A stretch of 64,000 nucleotides of DNA from Dictyostelium discoideum (taxonomy: Eukaryota). This document shows, piece by piece, positions 43,940 to 56,797 of the stretch (positions are counted from its first letter, which is position 1; each line of letters opens with the position of its first letter). The stretch is from positions 4,384,001 through 4,448,000 of the forward strand of contig CM000151.3 in the NCBI GenBank assembly GCA_000004695.1. The letters run 5' to 3'. The notes under the pieces were generated by a model. The model was given only the letters and a program-made list of their open reading frames with translations. It did no database searches and had not been told where the DNA came from. Position numbers and translations under genes: made by a program.

Positions 43940-44420
43940 GTTATTGTTAATTGCTGGTTTATATACAAAACCACCCAAACTACTCATTTCATTATCATCG
44001 GAATTATTATTTGATTTTTTTTGTTGTTGTATTGATTTTATTGGTTTTTGTTGAAATATATATTGGTGTGATTGCTCTTTTAATTGAGAAAGGAGTTGAT
44101 TAAAATTTTTTTTATTTACACAACTAAATTTTAATTCTTCTATTAATAATTTTCTGCCATCAACCTTTTATTATTATTATTATTATTTTTTCAAAAGGAT
44201 ACCATAAACAAAAAAAAGAAAAAATAAAAAGTAAGTAGTGTGAATTTGATTTTGAATTGTTTTTTTTTTTTTTTATTTTATTTTATTTTTTTTTAAAATG
44301 AGGAATTACCTTTAAATCTCTAAATGTTGGAATCAATTCTGAATATCCAATTGCGTCTAACCAACTAGATACTTGTTCATTTTTCCAATCTGGTGCAGGT
44401 ATATTTTTATAATTATTCAT
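39293..44420 (-). CDS. SAM-domain + ZNFX1-like SF1 (Upf1-like) helicase + NFX1-type zinc-finger protein, ~1640 aa. Three exons: 44300..44420, 42949..44165, 39293..42882.
   Basis: Exon 1 is MNNYKNIPAPDWKNEQVSSWLDAIGYSELIPTFRDLK, ending at a GTAATT donor. Exon 2 begins VDGRKLLIEELKFSCVNKK... and completes a SAM fold (W..V..WL..IG....F....IDG..LL.L). Exon 3 carries Walker A LIQGPPGTGKSFIGKKLFHIIH, a DExx/helicase core (…VLIIEECALT…, …QYQGEENDIIIISSVRNN…), then a C-terminal cluster of NF-X1-type fingers (C..C...L.CGH.C...CH.G.C: CAFLLDCGHTCSKKCHPLQ…CLKQLDCGHLCQLEC…). The tail is Q/N-rich. All junctions are phase-consistent. Confidence 0.8.
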
Positions 44421-44764
44421 AAAAAAAAATTCTGAATAAAACAAATAAACCTTAATATTTTTTATTAAGTTTTATTTGTCAATTAAAAAATGAATTTTTG
44501 AAAAAAAAAAATAAAAAATAAAAAAAAACAATTGCAAAAATAAAAAAAGTAAAAAAAAAAAAAATAAAATTAAAAATAAAAAAAATAAAATTTCTTTTTA
44601 TTGGAAAAACGGGAAGATGTTTTAGGATTATCAAGATGGAACTTGTTGAAAATAATTTTTAAAGGATTACAATAAGATATTGATAAAAACATTCCAATAT
44701 GATTTTTAATTTTTAATTTTTTTTTTAATCAATTAATTTTATTTATTTTTAATGTAATAATTCA

Positions 44765-44811
<47 letters not shown>

Positions 44812-45084
44812 TGAAAAATTTTATTTTCAAGATTCAATTATTATTTTTTGTAATTATTTTTAGAAGAAATAGCAATATATTTTATATAGAAAATAAATTT
44901 AAATAATAGGTTTTAAACTAAATATGAGTTTTATATTATTTAAAAAATCTTTTATCCATTTTTAGTACTTTTTTTTTTTTTTTTTTTTTAAATTTTTTGA
45001 AATTTCAAAAAAATAAAAATAGATGCATATGAATAATTAATAAATCTAATTTTTTATTTTTAAAATCATAGTTAATTAATTTTA

Positions 45085-45744
45085 TTAAATTTTTTCTATT
45101 ATTTTTTTTTTATTTAAAATTGGTGATAATTCAGGATTTGAAGTATCTTCAGTGTTTGGAATATTATCAAATGAGTCTTCTTTTGGTTGATTACGAGAAG
45201 GTATACGATCATGAATTAAATGATTGAAAAAACCCAATATTTCATCTGCCAAAGAATCAGAGATACCTTCTGATGATGGTTCACGTACATGAATAACTAT
45301 ACCACCATCAGAAGCGCCACCAGTATTAACATCATTTGAGGAGAATGCAGGTGAAGAATTTTGTCTTTGTTTATCTTTTTCCTCTTTTTCTTTTCTTTCC
45401 TTCTCCTCCTTTTCTTTTCTTTCCTTCTCCTCCTTTTCTTTTCTTTCCTTCTCCTCCTTTTCTTGTTTCTCTTTTTCTTCTCTCTCTTGTTTCTCTTTTT
45501 GTTCTCTTGCTTCTCTTTCTTGTTTCTCTTTTTGATCTCTTGCATCTCTTTCAGCTTGATCTTTTTTAAATTTCTCCAATTCTTGTTCAAATTCTAAACG
45601 ACGTTGATGATCAATCTCTTGTTGACGTTTTAATTCCTCTTGTTGAAGTTTCAATTCTTCTTGTTGACGAGTTAATTGTTCTTGTAACCATTGTTGGTTT
45701 TGTTGAATTTGTAATTCCTCTTGTTGACGAGTTTCTTTTGGATT

Positions 45745-45776
<32 letters not shown>

Positions 45777-46569
45777 CTTGTAATTCTTGTAATCTTGCTT
45801 GTTCTTCTTGTAATTGCTGTAATGTTGGATGTTGTCTTGATGTTTGTTCTGGTGTTTGTGTTACAAATTCTTCATTATTTTGTTGTTGTTCTTGTTGTTG
45901 TCTTTGATGTTGGTGATGATGCTGTTGTTGTTGTCTTTGATTATCTTGTGGCGAACGATTACCACCTGCGCCTAGTGATAATGAAATTAAAAGTTTTTGC
46001 ATTTTTTCAGAATTTAAACCTAATGAATCAAATAATAAATCTTCCAAGGTTGTTGTTGTTGAACTCAACCCAATATTATCATTTGAAGTTGATTGAGTAC
46101 CTTTTATTTGTTTATTACTCACTTTAATATTGCTATCATTATTATTGTCACTATTTTTTTGTTGTTCTTTTTGTTGTTGTTTAAATTCTTCTAATAACTC
46201 TTGATTTTCAATTTGTTGATATCTAATAGCCTGTTCTTTTTCAATTTTATTAGCATCTTCAATTATTTTCTCTATTTTATCTAAATAACTATTTATTGGT
46301 GTTTCTAATATAAACTTTTTAAATGTATTGTACAATGATTCAATATCTTTATTAAATTCATCTCTTTCTTTTTCAACTAATTCTCTTTTTGAATTAAATT
46401 CTTGATCATTATTTTTTTTAAAATAGTTATCCTTTTGGGAAAAAAAAAAAAAAAAAAAAAAACAGATCGAGAAAAAGAAAAAAGGTGGTGTTAATACCAA
46501 AGAAATTTTTTTTTTTTTTAAAAAAAAGGGTGAAAATCGAAATCGAATTTTAGATTTAGACATACACAA
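45085..46569 (-). CDS. Hypothetical coiled-coil, Gln/Glu/Lys-rich protein. The true 5' end is uncertain.
   Basis: Long ORF. A non-repetitive N-region (…ELVEKERDEFNKDIESLYNTFKKFILETPINSYLDKIEKIIEDANKIEKEQAIRYQQIENQ…) is followed by poly-Q and an (EKERKEKEEK)n repeat encoded by 21-nt tandem units at ~45395-45470. The C-terminal region is non-repetitive (…DGGIVIHVREPSSEGISDSLADEILGFFNHLIHDRIPSRN…). Confidence 0.4.
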
Positions 46570-46788
46570 TATCCTATTGAAAATAATAATGAAAATATGA
46601 TTATTAGTGATAATAATATCTTCATTTTTTTTTTTTTTTTTTTTTTTATATTAAAATAATTTAAAAGTTAAGTGTAGATATAATTTATTGTTAAATAAAT
46701 ATTAAATGATTTTTTTTAAACTATTTATATATTTTTTTTATTTTCCTTCCTTTTTTTTTTTTTCCTTTTTTTTTTTTAATAAAATAAT

Positions 46789-46819
<31 letters not shown>

Positions 46820-46839
46820 TTTGTAGAATGTTTGTGTGT

Positions 46840-46897
46840 AAGTGTACGTGAACGAATTAGTGTGTATGTATGTGTGTGTGTGTGTTTTTTTAAATCT
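46840..46897. repeat. GT-rich / (TG)n dinucleotide repeat island in an AT-rich intergenic region.
   Basis: tgtttgtgtgtaagtgtacgtgaacgaattagtgtgtatgtatgtgtgtgtgtgtg. Confidence 0.8.
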
Positions 46898-48063
46898 ACA
46901 AATTATTTTTTTTATTTTTTTTTTTTTTTCATACACTTTAAACAAAAAAAAAAAAATATCATTAAATATTAGATATTTATTGAATATTTTATAGGTTAAC
47001 CCAAGGAATGTTTTAATTAAAAAATGGTGAATCAATAAATCCACAAAGTCTCAAAATAGAATCTAAAAACTTTAATAGTTAAATGTGGTGTTGATCAATA
47101 TTCATAATAAGAAACTTTTTTATGTAATTTGTTTGAATAAATAATATTAAAAAAATAAACCAATAGTAAGAGTAAAAATACCAATATTATTACAAAAACT
47201 TAATTTTTCAAACAATATTATTTAATTCTTATAAAAAAAATAAACTAAACAAATAAAAATAAAAATAAAATAAAAAAAAAAAATTTTACCTCTGGTTTAA
47301 TTACTTCCTGGTAAAAGTTTTATTTATTTAAACTATTATCAATAATTAATAAAAAATAAAAAAAATAAATTGAACACTTCATTATTTGTCAATAAAAAAA
47401 AAAGATATTATTTTTATTTTTATTTTTTTTATTTTTTTTTTTTTTTATGTAATTTAATAATATACATTTAATAAATGATAACAATTATGTCACAATAATT
47501 ATAAATTGAGTCAAAAAAAATTTTGAAGTTCTTGGTAAATGATTCATGATTATGTCACAAAAACGGTGAGAAAAAAAAAAAAAAAAAAATAATCTTTGGA
47601 TGATTTCCCAAGTTGTGTGGAGATAATAAACCGGATCATTTATAAATAATTACATTACAATCATAACCATATGGTTTCATTGAGTTCCTTTTTAAGATTG
47701 GAATGATTGTTTCAAAAAAAAAAATAAGTTACAATTCCCATTTTTTTTTTAATTTTAATTTTTTGGAATTAAATTATCGCGTCATGCTTCGCAATTTTTT
47801 TTCAAAAAAAAAATCAGAATGATATTTATTATTTAAAACAATAACTTAGAACCTACAAAAAACAATATTAAATTTAAAAATAGAATTTTGGGAAGCTTAA
47901 AAAAAAACAAAATAATAAATAAATAATTAAAAATAAATATCCTAGTAATTACGTAATTTTTTTTTTTTTTTCTAAAATTTTAAAAGTTTTTTTTAATTTT
48001 TTTTTTTTTTTTGTTTATAAACACTCATAAAAAACTCATCATTTGATTAAAACAAAAAATAAA

Positions 48064-48094
<31 letters not shown>

Positions 48095-48127
48095 TAAAAA
48101 TAAAAATTTTAAAAAAAATATATTAAA

Positions 48128-50435
48128 ATGGAATTACAAACTATTCCAAATAATATTAGCCTTGCTAATGGAGATAGTAAAGGTGTTCAACTAACATTTA
48201 AAAATATTGTTTATAAGGTTGATAATAAAAAGTATAAAAAATTAGTTAAAAAACAAGAAAAAGCTAAAAAAAAGAATGACACTGAAAGTTCCACTGGTGA
48301 TATGAATACTGGTGTATCAACAACAATCGAAAAAGAATTAACAATTTTAAATAATGTTAGTGGTGTTATTGAAAAAGGTGAATTAGGTATGTAAATAATT
48401 TTTTTTATCTTCAAAAATTATATTGGTTGTTTTTATCATTTTTTTTTTTTATCTCTGTCCTTTTTTTTTTCTAAACATTTTTTTTTATTTTTTTTTATTT
48501 TCATTTTTAGTTGCATTGATGGGACCATCAGGTTCAGGTAAATCAACTTTATTGGATATTTTAGCACAACGTAAATCAACTGGTAAAATAACTGGTCAAT
48601 TATTAGTTAATGGTAAAGAAATTGGTGAAGCTTACAAAAAGGTAATTTTCAATTTTTTTTTTTTTTTTATTATTTTTTTTTTTTTTGTCTGCTTTAATTA
48701 TTAATTGTTGAATAAAAAAATTTTATTTTTTAATTTAGTATTGTAGTTATGTTACACAAGAAGATGTTTTATTACAAACTTCAACTGTATTTGAAACATT
48801 AAAATTTTATGCTGATTTAAAACTTCCAGGTGTTTCTGAAATTGAAAAAATTAAAAGAGTTGAACAAATTATTGAAGATATTGGTTTAACAAAGAGAACT
48901 CATTCAAAGATTGGTGGTGTTTTACCAGGTGGTATTTTAATGAAAGGTTTATCAGGTGGTGAAAAACGTAGAGTATGTAATTAGTTATTATTTAAATAAA
49001 ATTTAAAAGTTTTAAATTATTAATAATATATATATATTTTTAAAAATATTAAAAGGTTAGTATTGGTTGTGGTTTAGTTACAAATCCAAGTTTAATATTT
49101 TTAGATGAACCAACAAGTGGTTTAGATTCAGTTGCAGCATTACAAATTATGAAAACATTATTAAATTTAACATTAAAAGGTGTTACAGTAATTTGTAGTA
49201 TCCATCAACCACGTCCTGAAATTTTTGCATTATTTAATAAAGTAATGGTAATTATTAAAGGTAAAATGATTTATAGTGGTAGTAATATTTTGGAATATTT
49301 TGAATCATTAGGTTATCCATGTCCAAATAATACAAATCCAGCAGATTTTTGTTTAGATTCAGCAGTTGAAATTGGTGAAGGTGAACGTTATACTGAAATT
49401 TGTAATCAATGGCAAAAGATTTGGGAGAATGAATTATTGAATGAGATTGAATATCCACCAGTGAATGTAGAGAAACCAAAAACTGCATCATGGGGATACC
49501 AATATTGGATTCTATTAGGTAGAACATGGAAAGATTTCCTACGTAACCAAGGTAATTTCGTAGCAAGAGTTGGTACCGCAGTGGTTACTGGTTTATTATT
49601 TGGTGTTTGTTTTGCAGGTTTAAAAGAGACTGAAGCTGATGTTCAAAAGATTTTAGGTACAATTTTCTTTTTAATTACTGGTTTAAATTTAACACCTTTC
49701 GCAGTGATTTCATTATTCCTTTCTGGTAGAACTCTTTTCAACGCCGAGAGAGCTTCTAAAATTTACCATTCTTTCCCATACTATATGGCGATGGTAACTG
49801 TGGAAACTTTAATTGTATTTTTGGTCGCATTGATTAATGCAGCAATTTGTTATTTATTCGCTCATTTACGTTGGACTGCTGGTCACTTTTTCTTTGCAAT
49901 TATGGTTTATTTCTTTGTTCATTTACTCTCTGATTTTATGATTTCAACAATTGCTAATTTAACTGGTACTAGTGATATGACTTTTGCTTATGGAAGTATG
50001 TATTGAATTTAATCATCTCTAAAAATAATATTTAAATTTTATTTACCTTTGGTACTAACTTTTTATTAAATTTTAAAAATAGGTGGGCTTTCTGTAATTT
50101 ATATGTTATTTGCAGGTTTTTACGTGCCAACAAATGAATTACCAAAATCATTTGGTTGGTTACATTGGGTTAATCCACTTTTTTATTCATTTGTTTCTCT
50201 TGTTGTAAATCAATTTGAAGATTTACCTTTAGAATGTACAAGACCAAATATCCCGGTTGGAAATTCTACTATTCAAATACCATGTCAATTTAGTAATGGA
50301 AATCAAGTTATTGAATATTATGGTATAGATGATTGGACAAGAGGTAGTTCATTTGGTGTTGTTGTTGCATGGACTGTTTTCTTTTTCTGGACTTCATACC
50401 TTGCATTACACTTTTTAAACAAAGAAAAGAGATAA
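48128..50435 (+). CDS. abcG: ABC transporter G-family half-transporter (NBD-TMD, White-like). Five exons: 48128..48386, 48511..48641, 48739..48972, 49056..49995, 50083..50435.
   Basis: Walker A ([17 protein letters not shown]), ABC signature [12 protein letters not shown], Walker B ([12 protein letters not shown]), an H-loop (CSIHQPR), then an ABC2-type six-helix TMD. GTATGT/GTAATT donors and AG acceptors all join in phase. Exon joins verified: ELG|VALMG, AYKK|YCSYV, EKRR|VSIGCG, AYGS|GLSVIYM. Confidence 0.85.
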
Positions 50436-50459
50436 AAAAAAAATTAATTAAAATATTAA

Positions 50460-50516
<57 letters not shown>

Positions 50517-51027
50517 CCATCAACATCAGTATAAAAAATTAATAATAATTATTTTCAAAGTGGCCATCTTGACTTTCACTAATAACAAAATATTTTTTGT
50601 GAAAAGGTTGTGGTTTAAGGGTATTTTTGTCGATAAGTAACCAAATCGATTAATTTTTTTTTAAAAAAAAAAAAAAAAAAAAAAATAAAATTTTCATTTT
50701 CTCAAAAAAATTTTTTTTTCTTAGAAATCTAATCTTAAAAAAAAAAAAATTAATTTTGGGGATAAATGATCAATTTTACAAAAAAAAAAAAAAAAAAAAA
50801 CAACAGATTGTGTGTGATTAGTTTTATTATAATTTTAATATTAAAATAATGGGGATAAAATTTTATATATATGAAAATTTAAAAAAGTGCACTATTTTAT
50901 TTATAATTCCCCACATCAGTATATTTTCTAAATAAGCTTGATCGGTTTACAAAAAACCATGTTCAATCTAAATATATATTTTTTTTTTTTTTTTTTTTAA
51001 ATAAATAAAAAATTCTTAAATTTTAAG

Positions 51028-51076
<49 letters not shown>

Positions 51077-51256
51077 AAAAATATAAAAATAGAATAAAAT
51101 CTTTTTTAATCACTAATTAATATTTTTATTTTAAAAAAATATAAAAATATATTTTTTATATTAATTTTAAATAATATATAAAATAATTAAATTTTTGAAT
51201 TAAAAAAAAAAAAAAAATTTGAAATTAAGAATTTGTTTAATTAATAGATTGAAAAA

Positions 51257-53528
51257 ATGGAGTTGGAAACAATAGAATATAATAAAAGTTTTAATATTTG
51301 CGAAAATGGAGATAGTAAAGGTGTTCAACTTACATTTAAAAATATATCTTATAAGGTAGAAAATAAAAATTATAATAAAAATAAAAAAGAAAAAAATAAA
51401 AATAAAATTGATCCAGAATTTGTTAACCTAGATAATAAAACAGAGAATTCAAATGAAAAAGAAATTACTATTCTATATAATGTTGGTGGTGTTATTGAAA
51501 AAGGAGAATTAGGTAAGTAAATAATTAATTGATTTTTTTTTCTTTTGAAAATGATTTTTATATCTATCCTTTTTTTTTTTTTTTTTTTTTTTTTTATTTT
51601 TATAAACTTTTTTTTTTTTTTTCTAAACTTTTTTTTTTATTTTTTTTTTTTTATTTTTATTTTTAGTTGCATTGATGGGACCATCAGGTTCAGGTAAATC
51701 AACTTTATTGGATATTTTAGCACAACGTAAATCAACTGGTAAAATAACTGGTCAATTATTAGTTAATGGTAAAGAAATTGGTGAAGCTTACAAAAAGGTG
51801 ATTTTTTTTTTTTTTTTTTTCGTCTATTTAAAATTAATTACTAATTGTCGATTAAAAATTTTTATTTTTTAATTTAGTATTGTAGTTATGTTACACAAGA
51901 AGATGTTTTATTACAAACTTACACTGTATTTGAAACATTAAAATTTTATGCTGATTTAAAACTTCCAGGTGTTTCTGAAATTGAAAAAATTAAAAGAGTT
52001 GAAAAAGTAATTGAGGATGTAGGTTTAACATTGAAAAGAGATTCAAGGGTTGGTGGGGTTTTGGCAGGAGGAGTTGCTGTTACTGGTTTATCAGGTGGTG
52101 AAAAACGTAGAGTATGTATTAAACAAATAGTTAATCATTATAAATCATAATTAACAATTTTTTTTATTTTTTTTTAATTAATTTTTTTTAAAAGGTTAGT
52201 ATTGGTTGTGGTTTAATTACAAATCCAAGTTTAATATTTTTAGATGAACCAACAAGTGGTTTAGATTCAGTTGCAGCATTACAAATTATGAAAACATTAT
52301 TAAATTTAACATTAAAAGGTGTTACAGTAATTTGTAGTATCCATCAACCACGTCCTGAAATTTTTCAATTAATTAATAAAGTAATGGTAATTATTAAAGG
52401 TAAAATGATATATAGTGGTAGTAATATTTTGGAATATTTTGAATCATTAGGTTACCCATGTCCAAATAATACAAATCCAGCAGATTTTTGTTTAGATTCA
52501 GCAGTTGAAATTGGTGAAGGTGAACGTTATACTGAAATTTGTAATCAATGGGAAAATAAATGGGAGAATCAACTAACTAATGAAATTGAATATCCATCTT
52601 TGAATGTTGATATTCCAAAAACAACTTCATGGGTATACCAATATTGGATTCTCCTAAATAGAGAATGGAGAGGATTTATTAGAAATAAAGGAAATGCATT
52701 ATCAAGAGTAATCACAGGTATGTACATTTATATTAATTTTTATTTTAATAAAATCCAATAATAAAATTATTAATATTAAATTGAAATATAGCAATTGTTA
52801 TTGGAGCACTTTTTGGATCGTGTTTTGCAGGTCTTAAAGAATCAGATGCAGATGTTCAAAAAATTATGGGTACACTTTTCTTTTTAACCACTGGTTTAAT
52901 GTTATCACCATTTTCAATGATTACTCTTTTCCTTTCAGGTAGACAATTGTTCAATTCAGAGAGAGCTTCAAAAATATATCATTCTTTTCCTTATTTTTTA
53001 TCAATGATTACTGTTGAACTAACGATTGAATTCTTTGTAACATTGGTAGAAGTAACAGTTTGTTATATGTTGGCTCGTTTGAGGATGGATGCCGGTAGAT
53101 TTTTCTTTGCTGTTTTAGTATACAGTTTTATTCACTCACTTTCAACCTTTTTTATTAGTTCATTAGCTAATTTGACTGGTACAAGTGATTTAACATTCTC
53201 ATATGCTTCTTCATTAAGTGTTGTTTTCATGCTATTTGCAGGTTTTTATGTTCCTACAAATGAATTACCAAGAGCATTTGGATGGCTTCATTGGGTCAAC
53301 CCAGCATTTTATGGTTATTCTTCAGTTGTAATAAATCAATTTGAAGATTTACAATTAAAGTGTACAGATGAACCATGCAAGTTTACCAATGGAAATCAAG
53401 TTATTGAATATTATGGAATTGAAGATTGGACAAGAGGTGGATCATTTGGAGTTTTGGTAGCTTGGGCAACATTTTTTTATTCATTAAGTTATTTTGCATT
53501 GCACTTTTTACACAGAGAAAAAAGATGA
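51257..53528 (+). CDS. abcG: ABC transporter G-family half-transporter, a tandem paralog of 48128..50435. Five exons: 51257..51512, 51667..51797, 51878..52111, 52195..52717, 52792..53528.
   Basis: Same motif set as the upstream paralog. Exons 2-4 are (near-)identical to it at nucleotide level. The last intron sits at a different position (RVITG|AIVIG), and this gene lacks the paralog's intron at AYGS|GLSV. Confidence 0.85.
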
Positions 53529-53705
53529 AATATAAAGAAAGAGATAAAAATTTAAAATTAAAAAAAAATAAAGAAATAAAAAAAAAAATTATTTATAAAT
53601 ATGTTTTATTGGGTTTGTTTTTTTTTTTTTTTTTATACAATTGTTATTATTTTTTTGTTTACTAAAAAATTTTTGTTATTATTATTATTATTTTTTTATA
53701 CACTT

Positions 53706-54808
53706 TTATCTACTTTTATTTAAATCAGCACGAGTTATAAGTCTATTCATTGGAGAATTTGGGTCAACTTGATTTCTATTTGAAGAGTTTAGTTCTGGAT
53801 GTGATTGAATTCTTTGCATTGAAGAATTTAAATCAGCTCTACTATGATTTCTAATCATTGAAGATTGAATTTCACCGTGTGGACTTCTTTGTTGAACTGT
53901 TGAATTAAATTCAACACGTGGTGAACCAACTCTTAAATGTTGTGGATTTATATCAGCATGGGAGATAATTCTTTGATTTGGAATATTATTTAATCTATGT
54001 TGTGGAACTGTTCTTAATGTTGATGGATTAACTTCAACATGAGATGTTAAAACTCTTGGAATTGGATGATTAAAATCTGGATGTGAATACATTCTTGGCA
54101 TTGAACTATTTGAATCTGGAACGTGTCCGGCGAATCTTTGCATTGTAGAATATAAATCTGGATGAGAACTAATTCTATTCATTGAGTTTAATTCTTGAGT
54201 TGAAGCAATTTTCTTAATTGAAGAGATGATTGAATTCTTTCTTTGATTATAACCTTCATCATCAACAAATTCAGAATTTGATTCTAAATTTAAATCTTTA
54301 CTATCAGCATCTGAATCAATTGATTCATCATCATCATCGTCATCATATGGATGGTGACCATTACTAAGATTACGACGGTGATGTGTACCACCACTACCAT
54401 CTTTGGTTTCATTATTATTATTATCGTGATGGTGATGATGATGTGGTTTCTTTTCATCATATCTTGATTTCTTTTCTTCCATATAGTTCTTGTAATCTTG
54501 ACTGAATGGGAGTGGAATATCCTTGAAATGACTATAGGTATCAGCACATTGAACATGTTCACTTTCAACACGGAAGAAAATGAATTGAGCAGCCCATGCA
54601 ATTTCAGACAATGAAAACCAGAATAAAAACAATGGATGATCTAATTTATATGATGTACCTTGTCTAATTGAAAAAACAATTAACCATACAAATCTAAAGA
54701 ATGTATCAAATGACATTGCAACATAATAAACCCATTTTCTTTTAAATACCATTTTTTCTCTTAATGGCCATTGTTTATTAGTTTTATAATTTAAAAATAA
54801 ACCTATTT

Positions 54809-54852
<44 letters not shown>

Positions 54853-56733
54853 TATTAATATAAATTAATTATTAAAAAAAAAAAATAATAAAATTAAAAA
54901 ACTTACCCCAATCAACAGTAAAATCAGCATAAAGTTTATAAACTGTACCAACGACATTGATGATAAACCATAAGATTTTAATCCAACTCCATTCCTTATT
55001 ACCATAATTATTTGCAACCCATAAAAGAATATTAGTAACAATTGAAAATGTAGATCTAATAGCACTAGTTATATGTGGGAAGAATTGACCAGTTTCCCAG
55101 AAACGACGTACACATTGCATAACACGCCAGTAGAATGGTAAAACACTTAAAATTGGGAAGATTACAGCTTTATGTTTAAAACAAACACCAGATGGAGAAT
55201 AAAGTGGATCATTAAATTTAAACATACAGACTATTTGTTGCATATTGAATAAAAATTCACCCAAACATAATAATTGTACAGACATAAAGAAATCTGGGAA
55301 TCTAACTGGAACGAATGGGGCTTGAACAACTTTAGACATTTTATGTAAAACCCAAAATCTAGTACGATGAGCCAATACTTTAAATGGTAGAATTAAAAAG
55401 AAAATTGAACCCAAGATAAATAACAATGGAATTAAAAGTAAGTAACGAGAAGTTTCTGGACTACCAGTTTTATTTGAAATTGAATCAACATAAACATTGA
55501 AAACCACTAGCCACATTGTTACAAAAATCATACCATACATTAAATATCTTGATGAAGATCTTTTAATATCAGGTTTTAGTTCAAAAATAAATACATAATT
55601 AATACCAGCTTTCTCCCATAGTTTAGTCATCAAAGCAAATAAAGTACCGAGAATAATTGGTAAAGAGGAAATACGGAATAGCAACCAAGCCATTGGAGAA
55701 TTTTTGGGAGAATCAGCAACATCTGGGAAATAATAATAAAATTTGAAAATTACTTGAGCAATTAAAATAGCACTTGCACCAATTAAGAAACCAATAATAT
55801 AATTTTGAAATTGATTAACTTGTTTATTGGTTCTAATTTGATTATTTGCCAATTTAATATCATTACCAGTGAAATAACGAGCGTAAATTTGTTTAATTCT
55901 TCTTGATAACTCTCTAACTGGACTATTGGTAGAGGTTAATCTTGTATTTTCTAAATATTTTCTACACTCTTTGGCAATTCTTGGATTTATTTTTTCATAT
56001 TTATCCAATATCTTATAGAAACCATCCAAATTCAAATTTTTATAAGATTCTAATGATTCCAAATAATGGTAGTTATCATGGAAACCTTGTTTAACATAAT
56101 CAATATTTCTTATGGTTCTTAGTTGTTCATTATCTGATAAAAATGGAATCATACCAACCAGATCGACACATTTGAATTTAGTCTTTCTATAACGGTCAAC
56201 AAAGAATATATCCACTTTATTTACTTGATCAATGAAACCGTCTTGAAAAGTTTCTTGTGGAACGAATACAGTAGCACCTGTAATATTATTACTTGCAACC
56301 ATTTCAATTTGAGATGAAATACCACCACCATCCAATTGAAATTCGTCACCTTCAATCTCACTACTACTACCGAGACCTTTGTTTTTTGGTGAACGTGATA
56401 CCATTCTACTTAATCTATTATTTGTATTTTTGGCTATTTTTTTCAATCTTTTAACACCTTTATTAATTCCTTTTTTAACTTTAACTCTACTACCAGCTGT
56501 TGCTGTTATATTTATAATCTCACCATTATCATCAATAACCAATTCATCCATTTCAATCTCATCATCATCACCACCATCTTCATCACCAACAACACCATTA
56601 CCATTTTCATTTTCATCATCTTCATCTTCACCAGAACTTTCTTGTGGAGCCATTTGATTTGGTATTGAAATATTATTTGAATTTGTTTGTTCACCATCTT
56701 TTAATGTATTATTATTATTATTATTATTATTTA

Positions 56734-56797
<64 letters not shown>

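Noticed and set aside
45297-46127. ORFs 45297..45590 (-), 45336..45569 (+), 45361..45597 (+) and 45738..46127 (+).
   Set aside because: Shadows of the (EKERKEKEEK)n and poly-Gln tandem repeats in the coiled-coil gene.
48211-48704. ORFs 48211..48414 (-) and 48423..48704 (+), and similarly 51672..51872 and 53426..53665.
   Set aside because: 48423..48704 and 51672..51872 are ABCG exon 2 read through into the following intron (poly-Phe after AYKK). The others are antisense or tail-overlap artefacts. The spliced model explains all of them.
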